A DNA stretch of 64,000 nt, taken from contig NW_003314303.1 in assembly GCF_000143415.4 (NCBI RefSeq), positions 1,115,322-1,179,321 on the forward strand, in the 5' to 3' direction. Under the pieces are notes generated by a model. It searched no databases and was not told the DNA's origin. It worked only from the letters and a program-made list of their open reading frames with translations. The stretch's first letter is position 1. Every line of letters begins with the position of its first letter. This DNA comes from Selaginella moellendorffii. Taxonomy: Eukaryota; Plantae; Lycopodiophyta. Position numbers and translations under genes: made by a program. Shown piece by piece: positions 36,819 through 49,954 of this stretch.

Positions 36819-37315
36819 GAGAGCCCCCAGAGTCTTACAGATCCACCAGCACTACTGAGCATAGGAGAAGAACTAAAGCGTCAGAGAGATTCAATGCTTG
36901 CATCAAATACGATCGATGATCGATAGATGATTTTAAGAGCACAAGAACGAACCCGGTTCCATAAAAGCGGCTCTGGATGAGAGACGACGAACAACACCTT
37001 CACAACTTTTCTTACTGTGTCTGCAAACAAAAAGAAAAAACTCTCAAGTGAATAAGAAAAAGATGAAAAAGAAAGGCTTTGGAAAACCGGAACTACACCC
37101 GAAGGAGAAGACGACGAAGCAGTCCCGCTTGATAGATACGTTGATGCGCGGCCGATTTCTTCCAGCTAGATTGCATTCAAGGCTCGGCGAGAAACCGTAA
37201 CACCAAAACGTAGCAGCAGCACTAAGTGATCGGTTTGGTTGTTGCTGTCATAACTCCTTTTCCTCTTCCAATTCTTTTCCTTCGCTTCTTTTTCCCTGTG
37301 TATCTGTTTGTTGGA

Positions 37316-38593
37316 TCACTGCCTTTTGGAGGCCTGTCGGACAGCCTTAAGTATGTCTGTGAAAGCCACCATGCCCAGCAGGGAGCCTGCGTCGTCCACA
37401 ACCCACAACTGATGGACTCTGTTCTCCAGGGCCTTGGAGATAACCTCCCTGAGCGATGCCGACGGCTGGCAAGTGATAAGCGGCTTTTGCTGAGGATCGA
37501 GCGATGCTGCTGTCTGGTCGACAGCCTCGATGCATGCGGCCCCGAATCCAAACCGCCTCGCGAGGAACGCCTTGTGCGAAAACTCGAGGACTGATAGCGA
37601 GGCCCACTTTGTCAACACGTCCGAGTTGCAGCCTCTCAAATCACTGGCCGAGAATGTCCCAAGCAACCGTCTTCCATCACCCTGTAAAAGGCAAACAAAC
37701 AACGCGCACAACTTAGCTCCAGGAACCAGAGAATGAAAGAAACAACCAACGAACCACCAACAACATACCGCTACTAGCTGAGTTGCAAGCTGCGCCACCG
37801 GCGATGGATCAACGATCGCCACCGCCGTCAGGAACGCAAAGCGCATCGCCCTCACTGCGTCCATCACCCTCATGTCCGCGGGAGCGGCATAAACGTTCTT
37901 GTTCACCGCTCCGAGGCTGCCGATATCAGTCGACATCAAAGGCTCCAGCTGCTGCGAGTGGACGAGCAAGAACGCCATCACGTCCGTTTGAGTGAGCATA
38001 TGATACCCGGGAGACGATTCGACTAGCTCCACACCAGAGACGTGATCCATCGCGCTAGAAACTGGAACTAGAGCCCGGTGAATTCCCTTGCTCATGGGCT
38101 CCATAGTGTCAGCCAACCTGGAGAGCAAAAGAAAGTTCTTTAGCAACAAAGTTAGCTTCCTAGTTTCTCTAAAGAGAAAAAAAAATGAAACTAAAAGTTC
38201 TTACGAGGTGTGAGGAGCAATGCTCCAGAGGCTCAATCCTTCCAAGGAATGCCCGATGATCTTGGAGATGGCAGTCTGGAGCCTCTCGCAGCTGCCATCC
38301 TCTCGCTCTGCGACATGGATGAGAATGTCGAGCACGCTCACCATTCCAATGTACTGCTTCCGCGGCACTCCGCTGCTCTTGTCCGATTCCACGACCATGG
38401 AACCGCCGGCGCCGATCCAGTGCCCGGGCGGCGCCGCCACTGGCACGGCCAGGATGTTCTTGGCGAGCAACACATTGAGTGTGTCGCCCACCGTCGCGGT
38501 GTATGGGACCTCCACAAGCCTTCCCTTGTCTCTCACCAGGTCCTGGACGGAGGTAGAGTGTAGAATCTCCAGAGCGAGCTCCTGCTTCTCCAT
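37316..38593 (-). CDS. CBS-domain protein, SnRK1 gamma-subunit-like (PV42 family), 3 exons
   Basis: LVEVPYTAT..AVPVAAPPGHWIGAGGSM..ESDK..YIGM; GTFSASDLRG; NRVHQLWVVD. Confidence 0.88.
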
Positions 38594-38935
38594 GGACGAT
38601 CCTCCAAACCCTAGCAACGATATCCAAGCAAGACAAGATCAATCGATCGATCAATGCCGGATCACCTCAGATCGAAACAAACAAGCCGACAAGACGATCG
38701 ATCGATCAAGCGAAGGCGCGCGCGCGTGGCAAGAGGAAATGCGGTAGCTTCCAAGAACTCTAGAACCCTAGAAAACAAGAGGACAATTGGCGCTTTTTAA
38801 TTGCGCCACCTGGCATAGACCTTTTAATTGCGACATTTGGCACTTTCTCGTTGCGCCACCTGGCATAGAAAAAAAAAAATAGCCTGATTTGTAGCAATAC
38901 ATGTCCAAAACCCCGCCAAAATTGCTTGCTAGCAG

Positions 38936-40564
38936 CTAGTCTTCGTGGACAGCATCCATGAGATAGATTTTGCTAAAGCTCTGTCCAGCAAACCTGGAAG
39001 AGAAAAAAAGATGTAAGCAAAGATCGAAAGAACAATGGAAAACTACAACGAAGAACTCACCCATTGATCTGGCTGCAGTAGTTTGCGATCTGGTTCGTGA
39101 TGAGATAGCTATCGAGACGAGACGGCTCTGGAATCAGCTTGAAGACCGCATTGTTTGGATCGTCTTCCGGGAGAGGATCCTCGCCTGCTTGTCTTCTCGC
39201 CATGTTCTCGGCCCTGGAAGTGGACGTTTCTATCATAATGCGAAGCAACGTAGCGAATCGTACCTTCGTTTCTGGAGCCAAGCCTGCTGCTGTGTTTGCT
39301 GCCTTGCCAGATTGCGATAGTAGAATTGGAACTGGAGAAAGGACAAAGCAATTCAGGATGAAACCAAAGTGAGTGGTGAAGTCCATTTACCTTTTGCTGC
39401 TCCATTGAAAGATCGTCCATGCACTCTATGAGGAACTCTAAGTTCTTTTCCATAAATGGATTGGTCGAAAGCACGAGTCGATCAAAGTCACACTGGTATG
39501 GACAAACATATGAGAGGGAAATGTTTTATCAAGTTCCATACCTGAGTAGCCGGTGAATCGGTTTCTAGCTCTGTCATTAGAGCGCTCACAAGAGCAGAGT
39601 TTGATATTCTGACCTGCGGCGTCATCGTGATCAGTAAGGATCGACTAAGCAAGTACTTACAGGAATTTCTTCAAAGATATCTTGCCAGGTGACGTTCTTC
39701 TCTCGAAGCCTACAGTGGTATCCATTAGTAATTTGGAAGTACATACAACTATAGCTTACTTTTCGCCATTGAAGTTATTGGAGCGATAAAGCTCCATGAA
39801 TGAATCGGTGAGCCTTAGAGCCTTGAGTGCGAGGACACCTTGACTGGACCTAAGGGGATCATAAATGATACAAACGCAGCGTTTTATGTTTTCCTAGATT
39901 TCCAATGTTAGAGACAAACGACGATACTGAAAGAAAGAAAAAACAACGCACCTGATAGTTTAGAAAGGTCTCTATTAGCTCCACAGTTTGGAAAGAACCC
40001 ATGTATGTCGACTGGTACCTGGAGAAACAAAGTTCTTAGATCAAGAAAAGAAACAAAACTCTTCGCATACCATCCAACGGTATTGTTGTCAACATTGACT
40101 TCTCGCAAGCATCTCATCATCTCGAGCTGATAGTTCGCTCCATCCGATTCAAGCTCTTCGTCCTCTTCTCCACCTCTGCTCTGCGCAAACCAAGAGAAAA
40201 CTAAGCTCAAATCCAATTTTTCCAAGCCTACCCATACCGGGAATGGAAAACAATTTGTAATCTCGAGCGTGGTTCCAATATCCAGTCCCAGGAGCTGTCC
40301 AGTCACGAGCGCCGGCATACATTCCTTGCAATGCTTGATGATCTTGAGCACCACCTGTGGTGGAGACAAGGAAAACACTAAGAAAACCTTAAAATCATCG
40401 CAAGTCACTCACAAGGCCATCGATTTGGACAGCGCGCAAAGGGCTTGTGACCTCCTCTTGACTGGCGATCTGCGCAAAGGACCGCACCAGAGCTGGAGAA
40501 ACGCGATGAATCAAACCATCGCCACATCGATTGAAGAGAACTTACGTGCTGGCGCCTCAGACAT
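38936..40564 (-). CDS. EIF3H: Eukaryotic translation initiation factor 3 subunit H, multi-exon
   Basis: [71 protein letters not shown]. Confidence 0.95.
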
Positions 40565-40731
40565 TGCGCTCCTCCGCCCTCGCGCGATTAGGGCTTTGGG
40601 CACAGTAGAAATTGACGGCTATATACAGCCCTAGCGAAACTTTCTATCCGTTAGACGTTCGAATCGCAGCTGGGAGAGGAAAGGTTTAGGGTTTTAAGGG
40701 ACGAGCGATCGATCGATCGAAGCGCGCGGGC

Positions 40732-41920
40732 ATGGGGACTGGGCAGCAAGCGGCGACGCGCGATGTGATCACGCTGAAGGGATCCTCGTCCATCGTTGGG
40801 GAGTTCTTCTGTGAGTATAGGAGAACGTGTGTCGATCGAGTGAAAATCGCATGATTTGTTTGTTTTTTCATCCTCTTTGTGTGTCTAGAATGTCATTAGA
40901 ACCAGCATTTCTTCTCGATCATCGTTTATCCCCTTCTTCTTGAAGAGATCGAGTGGAAATAGCTTGATTTGCTTGTATTTCATTCTCTTTGTGTGTCTAG
41001 AGTGTCATTAGAACCGGCATTTCTTCTCAATCATTGTTTATGCTCTTCTTCTTTGGAATTCTTCTTCTTCGATTTTTTTTTCTACATGGTTTTCGAGACT
41101 TCTTTTTCGCTCACTTGTCTTTTTTTTTTCTCTTGCAGCTTATGCTGTCAATAGCATTCTTTTCCAACGAGGCTTGTATCCATCTGAGCAGTTTGATAGA
41201 GTGAAGAAATATGGCTTGACAATGCTAGTTTCTCACGAAGACAAAGTGAAGGGCTATATCTCGGCAGTGACTTCGCAGATTGCCGGTATGTTTCTTTCTC
41301 GTGTTCTAACTTCTCTTCATCCAGAGAGTGGCTTGATTGTACAGATTGGTTGCAAACTGGAAAAGTCCAGCGCGTTGTGATGGTGATCTCAAGCTTGGCA
41401 ACGAAAGAAGTTCTCGAAAGGTGGAACTTTTTGATTGAAACAGACCGGGAAGCCACAGAAACGGGGTAAAATTCTTCTCTCCAGGCTTGCTCTTGACTGT
41501 AGCGTTTTCTTCTTTCTCAGTGCCACGAAAGAAAAGAGCGACAAGGAGATAATGCAAGAGATTCAAGCCATCATGCGACAAATCACCTCCAGCGTCACAT
41601 TTCTTCCTCACCTCGAAGAATCATGTAAGAAATGTTTCATTCTTTTCTCACTTCCATTCTAAAACATCTCGCAAGGTTCTTTCGAGCTGCTTGTTTACAC
41701 CGACACGGACTTGGAAGCTCCCACTTCCTGGGAAGAAAGCGATCCCCGGCTCATCAAGAAAGCCCAGGAGGTGAAACTACGCTCGCTCAACACAAAGGTA
41801 GGCAATAATTTCGCCCACATCAAGCTCTCACTCCCTCGTTTCTCTCCATTTTTTTCTTCACAGATCCACAAGATCGACTCCTTAGTCGCTTACAAAGTAG
41901 ACGACGATTCAAACGTCTAG
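40732..41920 (+). CDS. MAD2: Mitotic spindle checkpoint protein MAD2 (HORMA)
   Basis: ITLKGSSSIVGEFF|YAVNSILFQRGLYP..VKKYGL, EVLERWNF, IQAIMRQITSSVTFLP, WEESDP, VKLRS..TK|IHKIDSLVAYK. Confidence 0.95.
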
Positions 41921-42184
41921 CTCGTGTAAAATTCGAAGCTTCCTTAAACCGTATTATATTATCTCTTAATTAATTACTCTTAGACTAATCAAATTTCCAT
42001 AACCTTTCTGGTGAGATTTGAAGTTGTGTTAAGCCGGTGTAAGGTTTAGACTAATCACGATCGGACGGCTATCGTTAGCCTAGCAAGATCAACGGCTTGC
42101 ATTCTTAGATATAGACCCCCCGCCGCCGAGGTTTAGGGCTCGTCGAGGCGAGGAGCGGCGGCGAAGAAGGACGAGTCTGGAGCC

Positions 42185-42729
<545 letters not shown>

Positions 42730-42849
42730 AGATCCTGGGATGAGAGCTCTCTTCTCCCATTTTCCTGGAACGCTAAGTCTCTCTCTTTTGATTTCCTTTC
42801 TAAGCTCTTGCTATATGGCTGTGTTGTTTTGTAGGCTAGCTTCTCTTGT

Positions 42850-43720
42850 TAAAGGTGGTGCTTTGGTAAGCAATTGCCAAAGCTTTTCTATTCACGAGTT
42901 GTATCTCTATGTTCCAGGGCTTTCTTAGAAATAGAGTCTTAAGCATTCCACTCACTCTTTGGCCATCTCGGTTGATCCAAGATGATCTTGTTTCAGCGCT
43001 CATTCTTTCTGGAACGTAGTCTTCACATTGCTTTGGTAAGCAATTGCCAAAGCTTTTCTCTTCATGAGTTGATCGATCTTTCTTTTTCTGTGTTCCAGCT
43101 TCATTTGTGCTCTAGAAATAGTTGTCTATTCCATTTTTCATGGAACGCGTTACGAGTTTAGTCTTCGCACTTGTTCAAAGCTTCTCAATCGCTTTGGCAA
43201 GCACTTGGTTTTGCTTTGGTAAGCAATTGCCAAACCTTTTCTCTCCAAGAGTTGATCGATCTTTCTCTCTCTGCCACGAAACTTTCGTCTTCACAGTTTG
43301 GATTCCCAATTGCTTTGGTAAGCAATCGCCAAAGTTTTCTCGCGAGTTAATCGCTCTTTCTCTCTAAACAAGGTTCTTTCTCTAGAAGTAGTTCCTTTTC
43401 TATGAAACGCGTTACTTCTCTCGTGGTGTTGTTCCAGCGCTCATTCTTTCTGGAATTTCCTCGTGAGCTACGAAAGTTTAGTCTTGTTTAAAGATTCTCA
43501 ATTGCTTTGGAAGGCAATTGCCAAAGCTTTTCTATTCAGCTCTTTCTTTCTCTGCGTTCCAGGGACAAACAAGCTTCTTTCGTGCTCTCTACAATTAGTG
43601 TTAAGCATTCCATTTCCATGGAACGCGTTACTTCTCTTTGGCCGTCTCGGTTGATCCAAGATGTGGTGTTCATTTTTCTGGAACCTCGAGAGCGACGTAA
43701 GTTTAGTCTTCACACTTTGT
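42850..43720 (+). repeat. Degenerate tandem repeat family carrying the hairpin motif GCTTTGGTAAGCAATTGCCAAAGC
   Basis: Motif at 42860, 43030, 43213, 43312 and 43504 (partial at 43191); sequences between motifs are related to each other; relatives at ~46440-46580 (+) and ~47190-47320 (-). Confidence 0.8.
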
Positions 43721-43858
43721 TCATAGATTATCAAATTTCCTTAACCAAATGTTTGTTTACAGTATTTCTGCTCGTCCCGGCTCCCCGAACTTGGACAGGA
43801 CGAAGTAGAAAACGACAAATAACAGAGCTTGTTTCTTGCGTTCCTGCGAGGCTTGGCT

Positions 43859-45969
<2,111 letters not shown>

Positions 45970-46599
45970 TGGTGCCATGTATCATTGCAGTCCTTAAAAT
46001 TATCATCCAGTCATAGCTCACACCACTTAATATTCAAGCGCAAATTCTCCGTTTTTATTAAGAGTTGTTTAACTAGCAACCGAGAATTTTATTAGTTGTC
46101 CCTTTCGTTTAGCAAATCATACTTAATATGATAATTAGTCTGATTAGGAGGGATAGTGACACTGACCGCATTTTCTGTTTTGGATAGTTTTTAGCTATCA
46201 TCACCATCATAGAAATAGAAATGTGGCTCCAAATGTAGAGTTATAGAGATGCCATATAACCTTTTGTCTATTCTTTAAATTTTGTAATTGCAAAGGTTCA
46301 GAAAAGCAGCTGATATTAATATTTGGATAGCTATCCTAGATTCAAAAATGCATACAACTAGTGTGATATATGTAACATATACGTACGAAAGGCTGAACAG
46401 AGGAGTCTTTTCAGTAGCTTGTTTTGTTAAGGATTTTACTTTAATCGACCTTTCTTTCTCTGCGTTCCAGGAACAAACAAGCTTCTTTCTTGCTCTAGAA
46501 ACAGTGTCAAGCATTCCATTTTCATGGGCTTCTCTTTGTCCGTCTCGATTGATCCAAGAAGGTGGTGTTTTTCGTCATTCTTCAAGCAAAGTTTGCGTT

Positions 46600-46830
46600 G
46601 CAGTATGAAGGCGCCACTCCAGGATAAGTAATGGATGGAACAACTGGAGATGTTGCAGTGGATCAGTATCATCGTTATAAGGTCCTGAAAGCTCTGTCTG
46701 GTTCTTTGCTCCTCACTGTGAACGAACAGGAAGACATCGGATTGAACGAGCCTCTATCACGTCGAGTATGGGAAGGACTTGCAAAGAATTCCCACGTTGG
46801 TAACATCCACAGGAAATTCCTAGTGAAAAG
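46600..46830 (+). pseudogene. Collapsed duplicate of the GH1 gene
   Basis: Collinear pieces matching ~44060-44300, ACGAGCCTC (~44771) and ~45889-45960. Confidence 0.85.
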
Positions 46831-46926
46831 TTTTTCTAGAAAATAGCCTTTCATATTATACTCATCAGTTTAGCTTTTGTTAAAGTTTGTTTTTTTAGAA
46901 CAAATCATATTAATTAGTCAAATTAA

Positions 46927-46931
46927 GCGGG

Positions 46932-46974
<43 letters not shown>

Positions 46975-46999
46975 GCGTGTTCGATCCACGTTCACCGCA
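46927..46999 (+). tRNA. tRNA-Phe(GAA)
   Basis: GCGGGGATAGCTCAGTTGGGAGAGCGTCAGACTGAAGATCTGAAGGTCGCGTGTTCGATCCACGTTCACCGCA followed by TTTTT. Confidence 0.97.
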
Positions 47000-47485
47000 T
47001 TTTTCGTTTCGGAAGTAGTTGTCTCTTGTTTCGCCAGGAGGAAGATCGAAGTTACAGCAGTACGAATCCAGCTCTAGAAAAGTAGCTTCTTCTTTTAAAC
47101 TGCTTCCACACCGAGCTTACGTGATGAAGAAATATAAAAAGAAAGTGAATTTAAAACCTACAAAGCTTTGAGCTTTAGAAAGAAAATCAAAAGACAACTA
47201 TTCTAGAGCACGAAAGAAGCTGGAACACAATATCAATAGAAAAGCTTTGGCACCAAAGCACCACCTATTGCAGGAACTTTAAAACAAAAAAGAGAGACTT
47301 TAGCGTTCCAGGAAACAGCTTATTTACTAATCATAAACCTATATAAACAGCATAAAACAAGAATTTCTTATGACGATCAAATTGATGAAAATAAAAGTCT
47401 GAGATGGCAACCACCTGTACCCTAATTTTGACACGTCGGCGCTCAACGTGGGTAAAGGAGTGCGCGACACGTAAGCGTGCGCCCT

Positions 47486-47533
47486 ATCCCACATGCGAAG
47501 GCGCAGAATCGTGCCGGGGCTTGAGTATATAAA
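47486..47533 (+). promoter_or_regulatory. snRNA USE plus TATA for U2 copy 2
   Basis: ATCCCACATGCG at -72 and TATATAAA at -32. Confidence 0.9.
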
Positions 47534-47557
47534 CAGAGGGCTGGGCATAGAAAATTC

Positions 47558-47750
47558 ATACCTTTCTCGGCCTTTTGGCTAAGATCAAGTGTAGTATCTG
47601 TTCTTATCAGTTTAATAGCTGATATGGGACCACGTGTACCAACGCTATTAACCTAATTTTTTGTGGGAGGAGGGCCACCGGTAGCTTGCTACCCGGCCCT
47701 CCACGTGTCGCTTTGGCCTTACACTACCGCCTTAGCCTGGCACAACCCAA
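47558..47750 (+). ncRNA. U2: U2 snRNA (copy 2)
   Basis: Canonical plant U2 5' end, branch-point pairing GTAGTA and Sm site; a few substitutions relative to copy 1. Confidence 0.97.
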
Positions 47751-47879
47751 CCCCCCAAATTTTAAACTCAAGAAGCAATAGTAGTCTTTGTAATTGTGGC
47801 TTACAAACATCGGTTCTCTTGAACAAAACGCAAAACGCGCATGGATGCTAGACCCACATTTTAGGGTTTAAGAGAGTTA

Positions 47880-48664
47880 TGGATTCCCAGGGTCTGGCCA
47901 AGTCGGTTTGTCAGCAAGCGGCATATGGTCTCGGAGAGGACGCTCGTCGAGGCGAGCATTCCAGATAAGATCTCCTGCCCCAAGCTTCTTCTCGTCTGTG
48001 GTTCATGGCTTGGCGGCCGCTGGGCTCGCCATGGGGCTGGATCCCAGAGCTCTGGAGCTCGACGTGAAGCGCTACAAGCTGCTGCTCTACGAGGCTGGAG
48101 GACACTTCAAAAGTTCCACAGGGACGGAGAAGGAAGCTGGGATGTTTGCAACAGTGATCGTCCAGCTCGCGGTCCGCCAGGGGCTGGAGTGCTCCAGCTT
48201 TGATTTCTCGCAAGGCAGCTCCAGCAACTACCTCTTGACGATCTTCTTTTGCGGCTGCGAGCACCAGCTCGAGGAAGTTACTGGCGGATCGAGGCTGTGC
48301 CTGGTTTTCAGCCTGGACGTGGACTTCATTTGTGTCTTCGCTGCCTCGAGTGAAAGAGCTTCTCTGGGAATGGGTCGAGAAAGGCGGCGGCGGCGTGGTG
48401 CAGATAGCAAACGCCCCCAGAAGATTGAACGCACCCCTGATGCAACTCGAAGCATCGATCTCTACTCTAGTTTTTTCCATTTCTAAGGCTTCGTGGCTTT
48501 GGCAATAGCGTGCGGCGAGGCCGAGGACTCAAGAGGGAGATGATGATAGCTACGATGACGATGACTATCCCCTTTATTCATATGCATACTTTCTCAACCG
48601 CGAGGAGTACAAGACGCTGGCTCACCAAGACTAGCCTCTCGTTTGCCGGGCTCAAGGGCCACGA
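47880..48664 (+). pseudogene. 2OG-Fe(II) oxygenase-like pseudogene
   Basis: YKLLLYEAGGHFK..TEKEAGMFATVIVQL..FFCGCEHQLEEVTGGSRLCLVFSL; the expected HRD is in a shifted frame; a later fragment reads LSFAGLKGHDR. Confidence 0.7.
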
Positions 48665-48827
48665 CCGAGAACTTTTCTCGCTGCGATCAAGGCTTGCGGC
48701 TGCTGCGCAGTGAAAGGGGAGGCTGTGGAGATCGACTCCCGGCTTCTCTGAAGAAAGGTATAGCGTTTTCCCTCGTCGACATGTACGCGAAATCGGCGAC
48801 GCGCAGATCTTTGGCTGCGTCGACAAC
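48665..48827 (+). pseudogene. Collapsed fragment of the neighbouring PPR gene (or a close paralogue)
   Basis: Collinear with 52501-52788, with several internal deletions. Confidence 0.88.
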
Positions 48828-48857
48828 GGTGAACATCATTTAGGGTTTCAAGTCCCA

Positions 48858-49799
48858 ATGGATTCTCGTGAATACCATTCCCTGGGAACGACCCCACTGA
48901 TGTGCTTCATAGATGTTATAGAGCTCCTGGGGTTGCGCTTGTCAAGGCGCATGCAATTGATGGCCATGAGGTATTGCAAGCACTACAGCATGACATTGCA
49001 AGAATTGGTGTTGCGCCTCGATTCCACAGAGTTCGGTTGCGTCCACAACGATGAAGCGGCTTTGAAGTGGCTTGATTATGGGTTGGTCGAGGACAAAAAG
49101 AACGCGACCGATGAAGTGGAGGAAGTCGAAGACCTCCACGAGGCCGTAAGAGCAGTGATTATATCACAGCAAAGAGCCGAGCTGGAGCACAAAGACGAGG
49201 ATTACGGATCAAAGGTAACCAGGCTCATACACGATCATCAAGACAGCCTATACTTGGTCATGAAGACTCTGCCTGAACATCTTTCAATGCAGTGGGTATC
49301 TGCACTGGCCACTGTCGCAGAAGCAGAAATCCTTTTGGCGGCCGGTGATACAGACATATCGAGCACAGCGAAACTGAGGGACAAACTTGCCGAGTACAGC
49401 AGATGGGACATGAGATTGTGCAACCAAGGAGAGCAAGTTTTCCAGAGCTTGTTCCTCACACCAGTCTTGTTGGATGGTGCTCCAAGGGAAGTGGAAGCAG
49501 GGCCTTTATCGCACCAGCTGCTTTCTCCCGGAGCCTCTACAAGCCGAGTGCACACTTTGGAGCCGCCGTTCAGGAGGTCACAAGTCAGGCAGCTGCTGGA
49601 TGATGGAGCTTCTCCACTCAAGGAGAGGCTGGCGATTCTGGAGGATTTGGGGTTTTCTTATAGTTTCACAAATGAATTCTGGGATGTGTTCGAGGTTGGC
49701 AAAGTTTTTGTCCAGAAACAGCTCAGCGCACTTGAGAAGATCTACGAGCAATACAAAACAAAGACTAGCTATGGTCAAGCTGATTTGGTTTGGGAGTAA
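48858..49799 (+). CDS. Hypothetical intronless protein, 313 aa, function unknown
   Basis: Uninterrupted ATG-to-stop ORF with helical, acidic, protein-like composition; no motif recognised. Confidence 0.55.
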   Translation: MDSREYHSLGTTPLMCFIDVIELLGLRLSRRMQLMAMRYCKHYSMTLQELVLRLDSTEFGCVHNDEAALKWLDYGLVEDKKNATDEVEEVEDLHEAVRAVIISQQRAELEHKDEDYGSKVTRLIHDHQDSLYLVMKTLPEHLSMQWVSALATVAEAEILLAAGDTDISSTAKLRDKLAEYSRWDMRLCNQGEQVFQSLFLTPVLLDGAPREVEAGPLSHQLLSPGASTSRVHTLEPPFRRSQVRQLLDDGASPLKERLAILEDLGFSYSFTNEFWDVFEVGKVFVQKQLSALEKIYEQYKTKTSYGQADLVWE

Positions 49800-49954
49800 A
49801 GTAGTTTGTTAAGTTAAGATACAGATTATTTTTAATCATGAGAAATGCTTAGTAGTAAACATATTTTATCACATTAATTTAGCTTAGAATGCATCAGGTT
49901 TACCTGATTTTAAGTTGAACAACTCAATTAACTTAGGCGACCTACTAAGAAGTC

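Noticed and set aside
40855-41050. ~100-bp tandem duplication in MAD2 intron 1
   Set aside because: Real, but an ordinary local intronic duplication with no sign of function.
42860-43527. CRISPR-like reading of the palindromic repeat array
   Set aside because: Spacing is irregular (100-190 bp), the spacers are related to one another, the context is eukaryotic and no cas genes are present.
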